Shown here: piece after piece, positions 50,301 to 62,779 of the stretch
Numbering within the stretch: position 1 is the first letter of the stretch
Layout: each line of letters begins with the position of its first letter
Assembly (NCBI RefSeq): GCF_006345805.1
Contig: NC_042997.1
Span: forward strand, 102,300,001-102,364,000
Source: Octopus sinensis
Lineage: Eukaryota
Direction of reading: 5' to 3'
DNA: 64,000 nt
Position numbers and translations under genes: made by a program
The notes under the pieces: model-generated
Databases searched by the model: none
Seen by the model: the letters and a program-made list of their open reading frames with translations, nothing else
Told to the model about the DNA's origin: nothing

Positions 50301-51334
50301 ATGTATGTATGCATCCATGCACGCATGCATGCATGGACACGTGGATGCATACATACAGGCATGAGTCAGCAGGAAATGCAGTGCCCATAACCAGTTACAG
50401 GGCCTCCGGAACTGAAAGGAGGAAGTTATTCTCAAATGGGAAACCTGTTTGGGATGGTTGCAGCGAAGTGGATTTCTCCAAAGGCATCCAAGGCATTAGG
50501 TAATGGTATTAACTCAAACGATGGGTTAAGTCTACCACTCCACTCCAACGGGATTTGGATTCGAAGCACAGCGAGTCGGGATAAATACAGGTGAAGCATT
50601 CTGTCTAACATTCTTACAGTTCAACCAAGCTACCGCCTTCGATTGATACTTCTTCCCTAACGTCTTCGAAAGGCTAAAAAGGCAACTTTTACACCAGCGG
50701 GAAAATACTTAAAAGAGCACAGCTAGTCGAAACATCTCGCAAGCCATTTTGTCCGACGCTTTGTAGTCTTTGTCAATTTAAGTGTGTGTGTGTGTGCGCG
50801 CGCGCGCGTGTGTAATGCGCATAAGTATTTCATAACACGATCACGAAGGTTAACTACAATAACAGTAAACTTTTCTGAATTACAGTTACAGTATAGTTGT
50901 CATGAAAAGCATATCTATAATTTCATTCAAAATGTTATTTAGAAATAGAACTAGAAAAATCATTGTCGTGTTGGGCGTAATACATATTTTAATAAATCTA
51001 CATTGTTAAAATTATTCTCGTGTGGGAAAGAAGTGACAGAAAACATGATTTAAAAATACATGATAGAGAATGACAATATCAATCGTTAAAAAGGACTTGC
51101 TATACAAGTACGCAACATAAGAATGACCAAGCAATTATAAAAGACGGGAGATTTTTCTCAGTCGTAGTTAGACCAAATTAGCGGAACAACAAGGTACCGT
51201 GTGGTTCACTCGATTGTTAAAACGTGCATAACAAAAAATAGACAAATAAATAAAAATAAGAAATAATATTCATTTATTGGAATTTCGAAAATGTAAAATG
51301 TTAAAACAGAACTAGTTTTGCTGATATATATATA

Positions 51335-52252
51335 CTAGCTGACGTACCCGGTAATTCCCGGGAAAGCGGGGCTTATCTCTTGGTTCCGTTCTCATAATTG
51401 CTTCGCTAATCCAATAACAACAATACAAAGTATATAGCCCTTAAAACGGTTTTGTGCGTTAACAGAGAATACTGCCTTACACAGGGTCTTGTTTTTAGGA
51501 ATTCCAATAAGCTATGAATCCCAATAAGTTATGAATACCCAAATTGTGAAGTCAGTTATGTAATAACATGAAATTAGTTACCCGATAGTAAGAATTCAAA
51601 TAAAGTAGCCCCGAAAAGGGCTTTAATGCGTTCCCAAAGTATATAGAGCATAGGAGGAAATACTAATAAGGTATGTATACTAAAATCATGAAGCATGTTA
51701 CGTAATAACAGGCTAATCAGCTATGAGATAATAATAATTCAAAGTAAATAACTCTGAAAAGGGCATTTATGCATTCCCAGAGAATATTACCTTCAGCGGC
51801 GCTAGTGTTGGTATATTCGTGAATAAGGCACTAACCGAAATAAGTGGATCTATTGTTTAGGAAAATACTATTGACTTGCTTAAGGGTTGTACTGGATACA
51901 TTGCGAAAATAACTCTAACAGTTCAAATACTAAGAAATAAGCATACTCAATTTGATTTATATCAAATGATTTAGGAAAATGAATGGATTATTTCCCTGGG
52001 CTGTTAAAATCTGGGCGAATGGGTTATTTCCCTTGACTGTTAAAATGAAATATATTAGATATATATAAAGATCCCGTCCAGGAACCTTATCATCGATTTT
52101 TTCAACAATCTGAGTATGCCATGAGGTTTCTCGACATGAGTTCTACTCACGTGTCAAGCTCCATCAAAATTGATAAAACGCTATAGGAGGAGTTAGCTAA
52201 CAACTCCACAAACACACCCACAGACAGAATTTCCAACGTATATTGTTGTTGA
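51335..52252 (-). mobile_element. Non-autonomous Helitron-type element
   Basis: Minus-strand 3' end CCCGGGAATTACCGGG-TACGTCAG-CTAG|T (CTAG at 51335-51338). 5' end approximate. Confidence 0.6.
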
Positions 52253-52279
52253 CATCCTTTTGTCTCGGGAGACAATGGA

Positions 52280-52667
52280 GCTGCGCATAAACTAATCCAA
52301 TCTAGTTTTTACATTCCATGTCCTCTCCAGTTTTGCGCAAGCCTGGGCTAAATGTAAGAAAATCCTGGGTCGACCAATCGTCAGGATTACTCTCTCGACC
52401 TTGCTGACGTAGTCCAAAGGAGTGCGGAGCATTACGTTTAGCACCAGCTTTGTTGCAGGAGCTGCAGGAAGATTGTTGAGTCGAACACTAAACAGCCTAC
52501 GAGGCTCCACTCTGGATTTCTTTGAAGGTTGTCTCCTTTCCGTAACCCTGGATAGGGGCCCATACCGGGTACTGTCAGCCGGTGCCAGGTGAGCCCGGGA
52601 CTCGTGTCATGCAGGGTCGTGACTCCCTGAAGTAATGAAGAAAATCGCTACCCACTACCTATCCCAC

Positions 52668-52670
<3 letters not shown>
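52280..52670 (-). mobile_element. Probable 5' end of an APE-type LINE (RTE-like)
   Basis: GC-richer block leading into RTWNV, resembling the GTWNV start of LINE endonucleases. Confidence 0.35.
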
Positions 52671-52706
<36 letters not shown>

Positions 52707-52707
<1 letters not shown>

Positions 52708-52862
52708 GAGTGGCTATGTGGTAAGTAGCTTGTGTACCAACCACATGCTTCCGGGCTCAGTCCCACTGCGTGGCACCTTAGGTAAGTGTCTTCCACTATA
52801 GTTTCGGGCCGACCAAAGCCTTGTGAGCGGATTTGGTAGACGGAAACTGAAAGAGGCCCGTC
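52707..52862 (+). mobile_element. Family B SINE head
   Basis: GGAGTGGCTATGTGGTAAGTAGC...GGATTTGGTAGACGGAAACTGAAAG. Confidence 0.7.
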
Positions 52863-54855
52863 ATGTATATATATATATATTTATATCAACAATACTATGT
52901 ATTGATTACTAATTACTAATATTATGTGCAAGAATTCCCTTTGGTTGAGTTCACAGGGTGCTGGTTTTCTATTACAAGAGCCCGAACGTAGTTTTTGCGT
53001 GCTTTCCATTCCTTCCAAGCTAAGATACTTAACTCTTTAGACCCTCTTTTCCTAATATGGAGAACATGATAACTACATACTGATATAAAAGCAGGAGCGT
53101 TGTATAACTTATGAATGTTTATCTTCCAGAGCCCAAATCAATTTCTTCTGAATACAGTTTAGAGGGGAATGGGCTTCACCGAAATAACTTGTTCTTTGGA
53201 ACGAGCATCGTTAGTGACATCTCAGAGTGTTAGTTTTTTTTTTTTTCTTTTTTTTTTCAAGAACACGTCGTTAGCTAGCAGCAACTGATTTCAAAACTTC
53301 TCTGACATAGGTGCACTTTCGAAATCTTTTCGCTGGTAAAATGAACAACATCAGTACACTCATGTAGGTTCATATTGCATTACTCTAACCACAGGGTTTG
53401 TGGTTGCTTGAGTAAAATCAAGAACGGATTAAGTGAATTCGGAAAATATTGACTGAGTAACATACGGTATTGTTGTAAACAGTTTGTGATGTCTGATTTA
53501 CTTTTCAGTCTATTGTTTTCTCTTTCCATAAACATAAAATAAGCTACAATAAAATAACATGATTAGGCCAATTATTTTCATAAAAATATTTTTATAATAC
53601 GCAAGCATATATTAAAAATGTAACATTATAAACTATATCGGTTCATATATTGATTCATGCATTGAAATCTAAACAAAATGAAAAATTATGAAATATTTAT
53701 TTCAAAATGTATTGGAATTTTTGGCAGGAAGCGTTCTACTCTATATCTGGCACCGACTGAAACAGCAGCTTGGCAAGAAGAAAACTGACTGGAATCAAGA
53801 CTGGTGAATAGACTGAGCCGACAGCAGCCTGAAAAATAGTTTTAAAATCTATAAATATTCTTACGTTACATAAAATAGTTGATAATAAATAAAATACTTT
53901 CGTCTCAATAGAAATATTTCAAAAATTTAGAAAACATCCACTTTCTACTTTTGTACTCTCAGCATTGGGTTATCATTTATAAAAGATATTAGTATGTTAT
54001 GCAGACGTAATTGAATACCCACTAGATCTTACAAATACTAAAAAAACAATTGTTAGATATGAGAATAGAATAAGAGAAATATATTTTATATAATGAGTGG
54101 TAACGGATAAATCAATACATGGTTCTCTGAATTCGATATAATTAGATCCAGCTATAATAAAATTGAAAATTTAATGAACTGGCTTTTCACGGCTACAAAT
54201 ATTATACAATCATTGGCCATAAACGCAATTACAAGGACAGCAGATATATTAATAGTAGCAATAGATACAATAATAGCAGCAACAGCAATTCATTAAAAAT
54301 GGTTTCTATTTTGCTTCATGTGCAACAAGCGAAAAAAAAAATTAAATTGGAAGGAAAAAAACAAAACAAAAAAAAAACGGAGAAGCAGAAAGTGACTACG
54401 AAGCATTTGGTGGATAAACAGAACAATAGGGAAAGTAGAAAAACTGCTATGAATTGAAATTGAAAAGTATTCAAAGGTACAAAAAAAAATGGGGAAAAAA
54501 AAACAAGATATGCTAATTGGTAGGCTAGACATTAGCATTCATATTCGTCTGTATGTTTTCATGCTATCACATTTTGTTACTCAAGAATTCCAGATTGTTA
54601 AAACAGACTGGAAAATTTGTATGCCTTATCAGTGGCAGTTTTGGTTAATGAAATATTTGTGCTTTAAAGGAGCTGGTATGACTGTGTAGTTAACAATTTC
54701 TACAAATACCTATGATTGACCAATATCTTGTGAATGGAATTTGACAGGTGTAAACTGAGCACATGTGTGCATGTGAACATAATTATGTATGGGCGCATGC
54801 ACATGGCATAAGCATAGATGTCATTGCATATGTAGGCATTATTATATACTAAGCT

Positions 54856-55540
54856 AAGGCGGCGAGCTGGCAGAAACGTTAGAATGCCGGGCGAAATGCG
54901 TCGCCGTATTTCGTCTGCTGTTACGTTCTGAGTTCAAATTCCGCCGAGGCCGACTTTGCCTTTCATCCTTTCGGGGTCGATAAATTAAGCACCAGTTGCG
55001 CACTGAGGTCGTTGTAATCGACTTAATTCCTTTGTTTGTCCTTGTTTGCCCCCTTTATGTTTAGCCCTTTGTGGCTAATAAAGAAATAAGAAACGTTAGC
55101 GCGCCGGGCGAAATGCTTAGCAGTATGCCGTCTGCCGTTACGTTCTGAGTTCAAATTCCGCCGAGGTTGACTTTGCCTTTCATCCTTTCGGAGTCGATTA
55201 AATAAGTACCAGTTACACACTGTAATCGACTTAATCCCTTTGTCTGTCTTTGTTTGTCCCCTCTATGGTTAGCCCCACCAGTGGGAAATAAAGAAATAAT
55301 TATTATGTGCTAAGCTAAGGCGGCGAGCTGGCAGAATCGTTAGAACGCCGGCAAAATGCTTAGCAGTATTTCGTCCGTCACTATGTTCTGAGTTCAAATT
55401 GCGCTGAGGTTGACTTTGCCTTTCATCCTTTCAGAGTCGATAAAATAAGTACCAGTTGAACACCGGGGTCGATGTAATCGACTCATCTCTGCCCCCAAAA
55501 TTACTGCCCTTGTGGCAAAATTTGAATCCATTATTATATG
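54856..55540 (+). mobile_element. Cluster of three family A-core SINE units, the last with an alternative tail
   Basis: Repeated GTTCTGAGTTCAAATT..GACTTTGCCTTTCATCCTTTC. The third unit ends CCCCAAAATTACTGCCCTTGTGGCAAAATTTGAATCCATTATT. Confidence 0.7.
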
Positions 55541-55649
55541 CTAAGCTTCTTGAATGTTTTACATATTTTGACGGTATCTTTCATAATAAAAACTCTAATC
55601 TTCTGATTAGGGTTGTTATTTATAGTTTTGTGAATAGTTGCTACTCAAG

Positions 55650-55689
<40 letters not shown>

Positions 55690-56421
55690 TTCATGCAGGT
55701 ATGGCATGGATTCGATCCTCGATAGCCAAATTTCACTTAACACTTCAGCAACAATTCTCTCACGATAAAACAATAGTTTTTCTGTGAATGACAGCAGTTA
55801 TATTTGCCAGATGCCATCGCTAAGCAGAATAATGTCTTTTCCACTTGACCTTTCTAATCTCTTCTAGGCCACCAAAAGCTAGTATACAGATAACAGACCC
55901 CCAACGAAATCTATTGTTCTCAGCAATATGTCTATCCTTCTGGCTGGTTATGGATAGTTATAAAAACAAGAACTCCGTAAGCCAAAGTCAGTTAGTGAGA
56001 ACCAAGTCTGGCTGATCGGCTGAACAAAGCGCCGTCTTTAAAGGAAAAGGCATTAAGGGATAACAATGGTAACTCACCAACGAAGCAGTTGTTTCGTCCC
56101 ACCACTCTCACTTTCACTAACTCACTTTCTTTTCTCTGTAACATTACCATATCTCTCTAAATATATACTACTATGAGATCGTGTACACACATACCGGCCG
56201 AAATTTACTCTTTTTACCTCGCATGCTTTTCCATTTACTAGTTATACATACCAACCCGTCGTGGTTTTGGATATATACAAAGTAACGGTAAATAAATATC
56301 TCTTTACAACTTCAATCACTGTTCTTCTTCCATCTTGCATACTGGCAACAAACACCTTAACAACGACAACCGGTGACCCTCGACTGCAACGAAGAACCAA
56401 CTGTTACATCTATATATATAT

Positions 56422-56480
<59 letters not shown>

Positions 56481-56517
56481 ATATATATCAAAATAAAAAC
56501 ATGATGCCAAGGATTCA

Positions 56518-56595
56518 GCGGTACATATGTTTCGGGCCTTTATTAGACAGATTTATAACAATGCATAATGTATGTCTGTGGCCTTCTTCAGCCGC
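56518..56595 (-). ncRNA. Type I hammerhead ribozyme motif, mirror copy
   Basis: Reverse complement of 56868-56945. Confidence 0.7.
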
Positions 56596-56867
56596 GCACA
56601 GCAGCTTCCACAAGGACATGTGTTACATCAAAAATTCTTGGTTGGGGATGCAAATCCTCTCATTCGCGTACGACATAATGCGGCAACAGTATAGAATTGA
56701 AGCGTCCATCTCTTTCTTCTCTCAAAGAGATTCTACATTGAGAGAAGAAAGAGATGGACGCTTCAATTCTATGCTGTTGCCGCATTATGTCGTACGCGAA
56801 TGAGAGGATTTGCATCCCCAACCAAGAATTTTTGATGTAACACATGTCCTTGTGGAAGCTGTTGTGC

Positions 56868-56945
56868 GCGGCTGAAGAAGGCCACAGACATACATTATGC
56901 ATTGTTATAAATCTGTCTAATAAAGGCCCGAAACATATGTACCGC
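56868..56945 (+). ncRNA. Type I hammerhead ribozyme motif with intact core
   Basis: GCGG-CUGAAGA-AGGCC(long stem-loop II)GGCCC-GAAA-CAUAUG-UA-CCGC. Stem I GCGG/CCGC, palindromic helix III ACAUAUGU, GUA cleavage triplet. Confidence 0.7.
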
Positions 56946-57049
56946 TGAATCCTTGGCATCATGTTTTTATTTTGATCAATTTACTCCACCACCTACACCA
57001 CAAAACGGTATACACAGGTGCTTATAATTATCAAGTACTCACCCCGAAT

Positions 57050-57245
57050 TTCTATATATATATATATATGTATGTATATGTGAGTGTATATGTGAGTGTA
57101 TATATATGTGTATATATATATGTTTGTATATATATATGTGTGTATATATATGTGTGTATATATATATATGTATATATATATGTGTATATATATGTGTATG
57201 TATATGTATGTATACATATATATATATGTGTATGTATATGTATGT

Positions 57246-57328
<83 letters not shown>
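57050..57328. repeat. Complex (TA)/(TG) microsatellite
   Basis: Seen directly. Confidence 0.95.
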
Positions 57329-57739
57329 GTTAATCCAACAAGAAAACACAGAAAAAAACACAGCAACGCGAGGACGTGGAACAATTAAAGTATTATTTGA
57401 CGCTCAGGAAAAAAGGGAAGGAGGGTTTAACGTTTCGAGCGGAGCTCTTCGTCGGAAACAAAGGAGAAGGAAAGATCCGAGAAGGGAAGACAGAATATAT
57501 ATATATATATATACTATAGTGCAAGCATTTTAATATGTGACAGCGTGTATATTGTTGGCGACGATTTTCTTTCTCCATCTTCCTTTCTTTGGACTTTATC
57601 TATATTTCTGGTGAAGAGCTCCGCTCGAAACGTGAAACCCTCTTTCTTTTCTTCCCTTTCCTGAGCGTCCAATAATATTGTACTTATTCCACGTCCTCGC
57701 GTTGTTGTTTTTCTTGTTTGTTTATGTTTGGATTGACTA
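57329..57739. mobile_element. Diverged inverted pair of Penelope-like termini with degenerate minimal hammerheads
   Basis: Both arms carry GAAGAGCTCCGCTCGAAACGT..AAACCCTC (57425-57459 minus, 57604-57638 plus) and share flanking CTGAGCGTC..TTCCACGTCCTCGCGTTG. Confidence 0.6.
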
Positions 57740-58539
57740 TACACACACACAACACACACACACACACATATATATATAACCTCTACTATCGCTACCATGT
57801 GCCACTTCACCAATCCAACCGCTTTTTATTTATTTTTGTACAGAAACTAGCATCATAAATTAGGGCCTATTAGAACTTTCCAATATTATGTTTCTATCCA
57901 ATAAAACATCAGTACTTCCTAATTTATTTCGCTATATCAGTAAAATAATTTCTCAGTCTGGCAGCCTTTAACAATTTTAATATGCAAATTTTAATTTCCT
58001 CGAAGGTTGTACTCACGGCACATTCTTTACTTCACGGTTTCAGTGAACTCTCGTATGAGGAAAACTAAACAACTGGATTTATTGCGGTTGTTAATACTTT
58101 TATAAACCTCAGGTAATCTAGGTTTCTTTAAAATTATACTTTCTCAGTCTCTAGTCTAAATCCGAAATTTGACAAAAGTTATTCGTCTGATCCAATTTTT
58201 TTTCTTTTTACGAAAAAAAAGTCCCCCCCCCCTCATTGTAACTTTTTCTTTGTCTCTCTTTTTCTTTCTCTCTCTCTCTCTCTCTCTCGCTTACACACAG
58301 AAGCCCTCTCTCTCTCTCTCTCTCTCTTCCTTTCTCTCTCTCTCTCTCCCTCACACTCACATATACACACTCTCTCTAACATACATTCACTCTCACTCTT
58401 TCTTATTTGAACACAACTTCTAATATTTAGTTTCTGCTTAGAAATCCGCTTCATTAGCGTGAACTGCTGGTGATCACTAAGCAACAGCTTTTGATATTGA
58501 TTTCAAATTTTTAGCAAAAGGACAGCAATTTCAAGGAAG

Positions 58540-58710
58540 AGATTAGTCGATTACATCGACCCAGTGCTCAACTGATACTTATTTTATCGATCCCAAAAGG
58601 ATGAAAAGTAAAGTCAACCACGGCGGAATTTGAGCCCAGAAAATAATGACGGACAAAATGCCGCTAAGAATTTTGTCCGGCGTTCTAACGATTCTGCCAG
58701 CTCGCTCCTT
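58540..58710 (-). mobile_element. Family A-core SINE
   Basis: GATCCCAAAAGGATGAAAAGTAAAGTCAAC core and CTGCCAGCTCGC head. Confidence 0.6.
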
Positions 58711-59140
58711 CTTTTGCTGTTTGATATTATTTAATATTAACCACAACAGTCTCCCAAAAACCATCATTATTTTCTGTATTTAGCTTCATGATCTATCGAC
58801 CAAACTCTTTTTTTTACCATAAATATAATGTTAAAGACATTAACAGATCATTAACTTTGAATGCTCATTTTTTTTCTTTTTTTTTTTTTTTTTGCTTTAA
58901 GCATCTCGTAAGTTGGAAGTAACCATGAAGCGAAAATTACTCACAGCAGAACAAAGAATTCCTGTTGGAGACATCGTAGACATACCATAGGTAGGTGGCT
59001 AGAAAACAAAATAATACAATTTGTTAAAATAATTATTATGTAAACTTTAAATAATATTTCATACATACATACATACATACATACATACATACATACATAC
59101 ATACATACATACATACATACATACATACATACATACATAC

Positions 59141-59560
59141 ATGGCTTTCTAATAAGTAGTCTGCTTCCCAACCATATGGTTCCAGGTTCAGCCAAACTGT
59201 GTGGCACCTTGGACAAGTATCCTCTTCTATTGCACCAAGCTGACCAGATCCTTGTGAGTGGATTTGGTAAACAGAAACCGAAAGCAGTCGCTCGAATGGA
59301 CATGTGTGTGCGCGCTAGCGCACGCGCGCGTGTCTTTCTATTTATGTTTATCCACCACCGCCACTTGACAACCATGCTGGTTTATTTACTTTCCTGTAAC
59401 TTAGCGATTCGGCAAAAAACATCGATAGAATAAGTAGCAAACAAACAAAAAATAAAATAGTAACAATATTTTAGTACTAGGGGTGATTTGTTCGACTAAA
59501 TCCTTCAAGGCGATGCCCAGCATGGCCACAGTCTAATGACTGAAAAAAGTAAAAGATAAA
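59141..59560. mobile_element. Family B SINE fragments: head on minus strand, tail on plus strand
   Basis: 59141-59290 is a reversed head. 59360-59560 is a tail ending GACTGAAAAAAGTAAAAGATAAAA. Confidence 0.5.
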
Positions 59561-60046
59561 AATATATCATTTCATTTACTTGTTTCAGTCTTCTTTCAGT
59601 GGGACTGAACCCGTAACCATTTGTCTTAGAAGCAAACGTCTTATCACATTGTTTAAAAAGATTCTATGACTTTTAGAATAAGAAACCCCTGGTTACAAAG
59701 TGTGGCGATTACTCTGTTTCACTGTTAGCCCTAATGTATCACTAAAAACGGCTTTTGGGGGATTATTTGAGTCACATTCCTGGTATTAATGTTTGTTTGT
59801 TTCACTTAGAAAGAAATTGTTGGGTAAATCGAAGCTTTATATTTAAATTTTTTGTATTTTCGTGTAAGAATTGGATAACTATGAAGACATTTCAGGCTTT
59901 CTTCCACCGATCAGCTTTTATAGTCATGAAAACATGAACAAAATGAACTTCATTCTCATTAAGCAGAGGTACCAAAATTTCACACGCGCACACACACATT
60001 ATATGCATGTAAATAGAAGCATGTATAGTGTATTTGATATCCTCAC

Positions 60047-61015
60047 TGTTTGAGAGACACATTAGGAATGATCTCGTTGTAGTTAACAACTATCTTTGGC
60101 TTGTTTGACCCTGTTGTGTCCACTGCTCTGATTGGTTGGCATTTGGCGCAGTTTGTCTTTCGACTTATTTCGTGTCAGTGTGTAAGCCAACCAATCACGG
60201 CCTTCGGATAAGGTCTCGTGACACTGTTTTTCTGTTCCCTCCTTTGAGCCTACCACAGGCTATAAAAAGGCCAGCATTTCACTATTCCGAGTCCTTGACT
60301 CTAGACCTTCTAAGGTCTAGTCATTGACGACCGAGCTATTCAGCCGTGTTCCAGCAACAGACGACCAGCCAGCCATGAAGACGCTATTATACACCAGCGA
60401 CAGACAGGACGTTTTCCATCTCCGCCGCCGTCATCACCATCGTCGTCCTTCAACTCTATGTCGTCTTCATCTCCGTCGACTTCAGCAACATGTACACATC
60501 AACATCGCCCAGGTCTAAACTCACGATATTTGTAAATATTTCACCGAGGTAAAACAGTTACAGTCTACCTGAAGAACTTTCTGTATCAAGAGACTCGGCA
60601 CGGCATTGAAACCACAACTTCTACACATGTAGTAACCGGCATTCTGCCACGTGACCCCAACATCTTGTTATAGAACACTTGCTATCGTGTACCTCACGAA
60701 CTGGTAAACAAATTCCATCTTAACTCAATATGCTGAGAGACTTATCTTATGCTCTGTATTTCAATTGTATACGCATTCACCTTCTGTCGCATACACGAAC
60801 ACACTGACACAAACACTTGTCGCACGCATCTAGACACAACACCTTTGCTAGCACTCACACACACTCTCTTTGTACACTTTGTAAATAAAGTCTTCTCTCT
60901 CAAACAGTAGAACGGTTGTCGTCCTTTATTTATTCCTTTGGCACTGTATTTTATATCCTGTATTTGGCTTCTCTTATTTTGTTAGGGGCGACCGTGCGGC
61001 GTTCAAAAGGAGACA
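60047..61015 (+). mobile_element. LTR-like repeat
   Basis: TGTTTGAGAGA at 60047 and TCTCTCAAACA ending at 60906, TATAAAAG (about 60262), AATAAA (about 60884). GC/CpG-richer than the flanks. No TSD found; right boundary is 60906 or about 61015. Confidence 0.45.
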
Positions 61016-62280
61016 TTTGTCACCAACTCCTTTCGTACGGTCGTATTCTCTGCACATGCATACATATGTATAATGCTTGTATTTATGCATGTATACAATA
61101 CTGATGATGTGAAGATGTACATCGACCAGATTTATGTAATTCGGCCTGACAATCTTCAATGAAATACGTATAAGAATACTAGAAGTAAATAATTTCAAAA
61201 ACAAACTCCAGTTTTGTTTCTCTCTCAACACACACACACACACCGTTTTTAGTTGGTTTCCCTTAAAATTCTGACGCTGACGAGATTTGAATGGAGACAG
61301 AAGAAACTAAAAGTTCGTGCCATTGTACTGTATTACGTCGGAATAATACTGAGCACAAAATGATATTCGGTTATTTCGTTACGATTCATACAAAAGATTC
61401 ATACTGGGCTTCGTATATTTTACCCAAGTGTCACTTTGATGACATGCACTGCTCTCTCACTCATTAATAATAATAATAACAACAACAACAACAACACAAC
61501 AACAACAACACAACAACAACAACAATAATAATAATAATAATAATAATTAATAAAGAGAATTACAGGGCAATTGAGAATATTCCGCTTGAGTCTGAGAGTA
61601 ATTTCCCAATAACTTCGAGTAAACTGCATCGCGTCGTAACTACACTTATTTGCAACATTCATTCGGCAGAGAACCATATTGTTTAAAGTGCTGGAAAATA
61701 AACAAATAATGAATAAATCTTTAACAACATATACTTCAAAGAACAATTTTTATTGTGTATATTTGAGTATCACCATTCTAAATCAAAATTACAGTAGGCC
61801 AATCTAGCTTTGTGCGTTAAATTGAAATACAGTCATTCCTCAACTTGTCTTTTGCAGTTGCGTCATTTTCAACTTCAATTCGATTTATTCGACATTTAGT
61901 CGGCCTCAGCGAACATATTTAAAAAGTATAGATTTTTTTTTTTTTTTTTGAAAAAAACAACACTGAAGTAGAATATCAAATAAAATACACTTAAAAATAT
62001 CTACAAAACATTTATTAAAACATTTGTCTTGCAAGATTCTTAATGTGAAATCGTTTGTTGAAACAGATATTGTTATATTTAGGGATGAGACAAAGAATAC
62101 CTTGTAGGGCAGGATTCGTGACAAAAGGACTTCCGGTAGGAGAAGGAAAACAAAAGAATGTCAACAGTGAGTGTGAAACGAATCTGAGTGAACTAAACAG
62201 AAATAACTGACGACTTATGCCCGGATGTACGTAAAGTAATGAACCTTTGATAAATGTATTCTTGTCTCCACTAGTTTGTC

Positions 62281-62640
62281 TGGTGACCCCGACGATAGAA
62301 CAATAGCTCTCGCTATCGAAACAAACATGGCTAGCAACAAAATAACACTGAGGCTACCACCGTTCTGGCCTAAGAGGGTTGAACTGTAGTTCGCGCAGGT
62401 GGAAGCTCAATTCGATACAAACAAGGTAACGGCCGACCAAAGTAAGTACTCACACGTTGTGGCAGCACTAGAGGTGCTGGACATTTTAACCCATCCCCCA
62501 CCAACGAAAAAATATGCCATACAGAAAGAAGACCCAAAAGTACTGCCTCCATAAAAGCATCGCCTGGGGCTGACCTCTCTCCACTGCAACAACTGCTTGG
62601 TACGCTACTGCTCCACGACATCAACGATAAGGCAAGGTGT
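62281..62640 (+). mobile_element. Gypsy 5' remnant: tRNA-Trp-type PBS and gag N-terminus
   Basis: PBS TGGTGACCCCGACG (62281-62294). ATG at 62327 gives MASNKITLRLPPFWPKRVEL*FAQVEAQF..SKYSHVVAAL, a Gypsy gag N-terminal motif with TAG at an expected Trp. Confidence 0.75.
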
Positions 62641-62692
62641 AAACGAAAAAATACTTATAATTTTAACAGCTTTTTTAGACATTAATTAATTA

Positions 62693-62695
<3 letters not shown>

Positions 62696-62775
<80 letters not shown>
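62696..62775. repeat. (TA)n microsatellite
   Basis: Seen directly. Confidence 0.97.

Positions 62776-62779
<4 letters not shown>

Larger units (their letters stand above)
56487..56976. repeat. Near-perfect 239-bp inverted repeat with 12-nt spacer, Penelope-like terminal sequence
   Basis: Arms 56487-56725 and 56738-56976, two mismatches seen. Each arm carries a hammerhead motif. Confidence 0.9.

Noticed and set aside
56261-56962. Two ORFs (180 aa on +, 100 aa on -) encoding almost the same peptide
   Set aside because: An artefact of the palindrome plus a (TA)n tract. No recognisable protein family.
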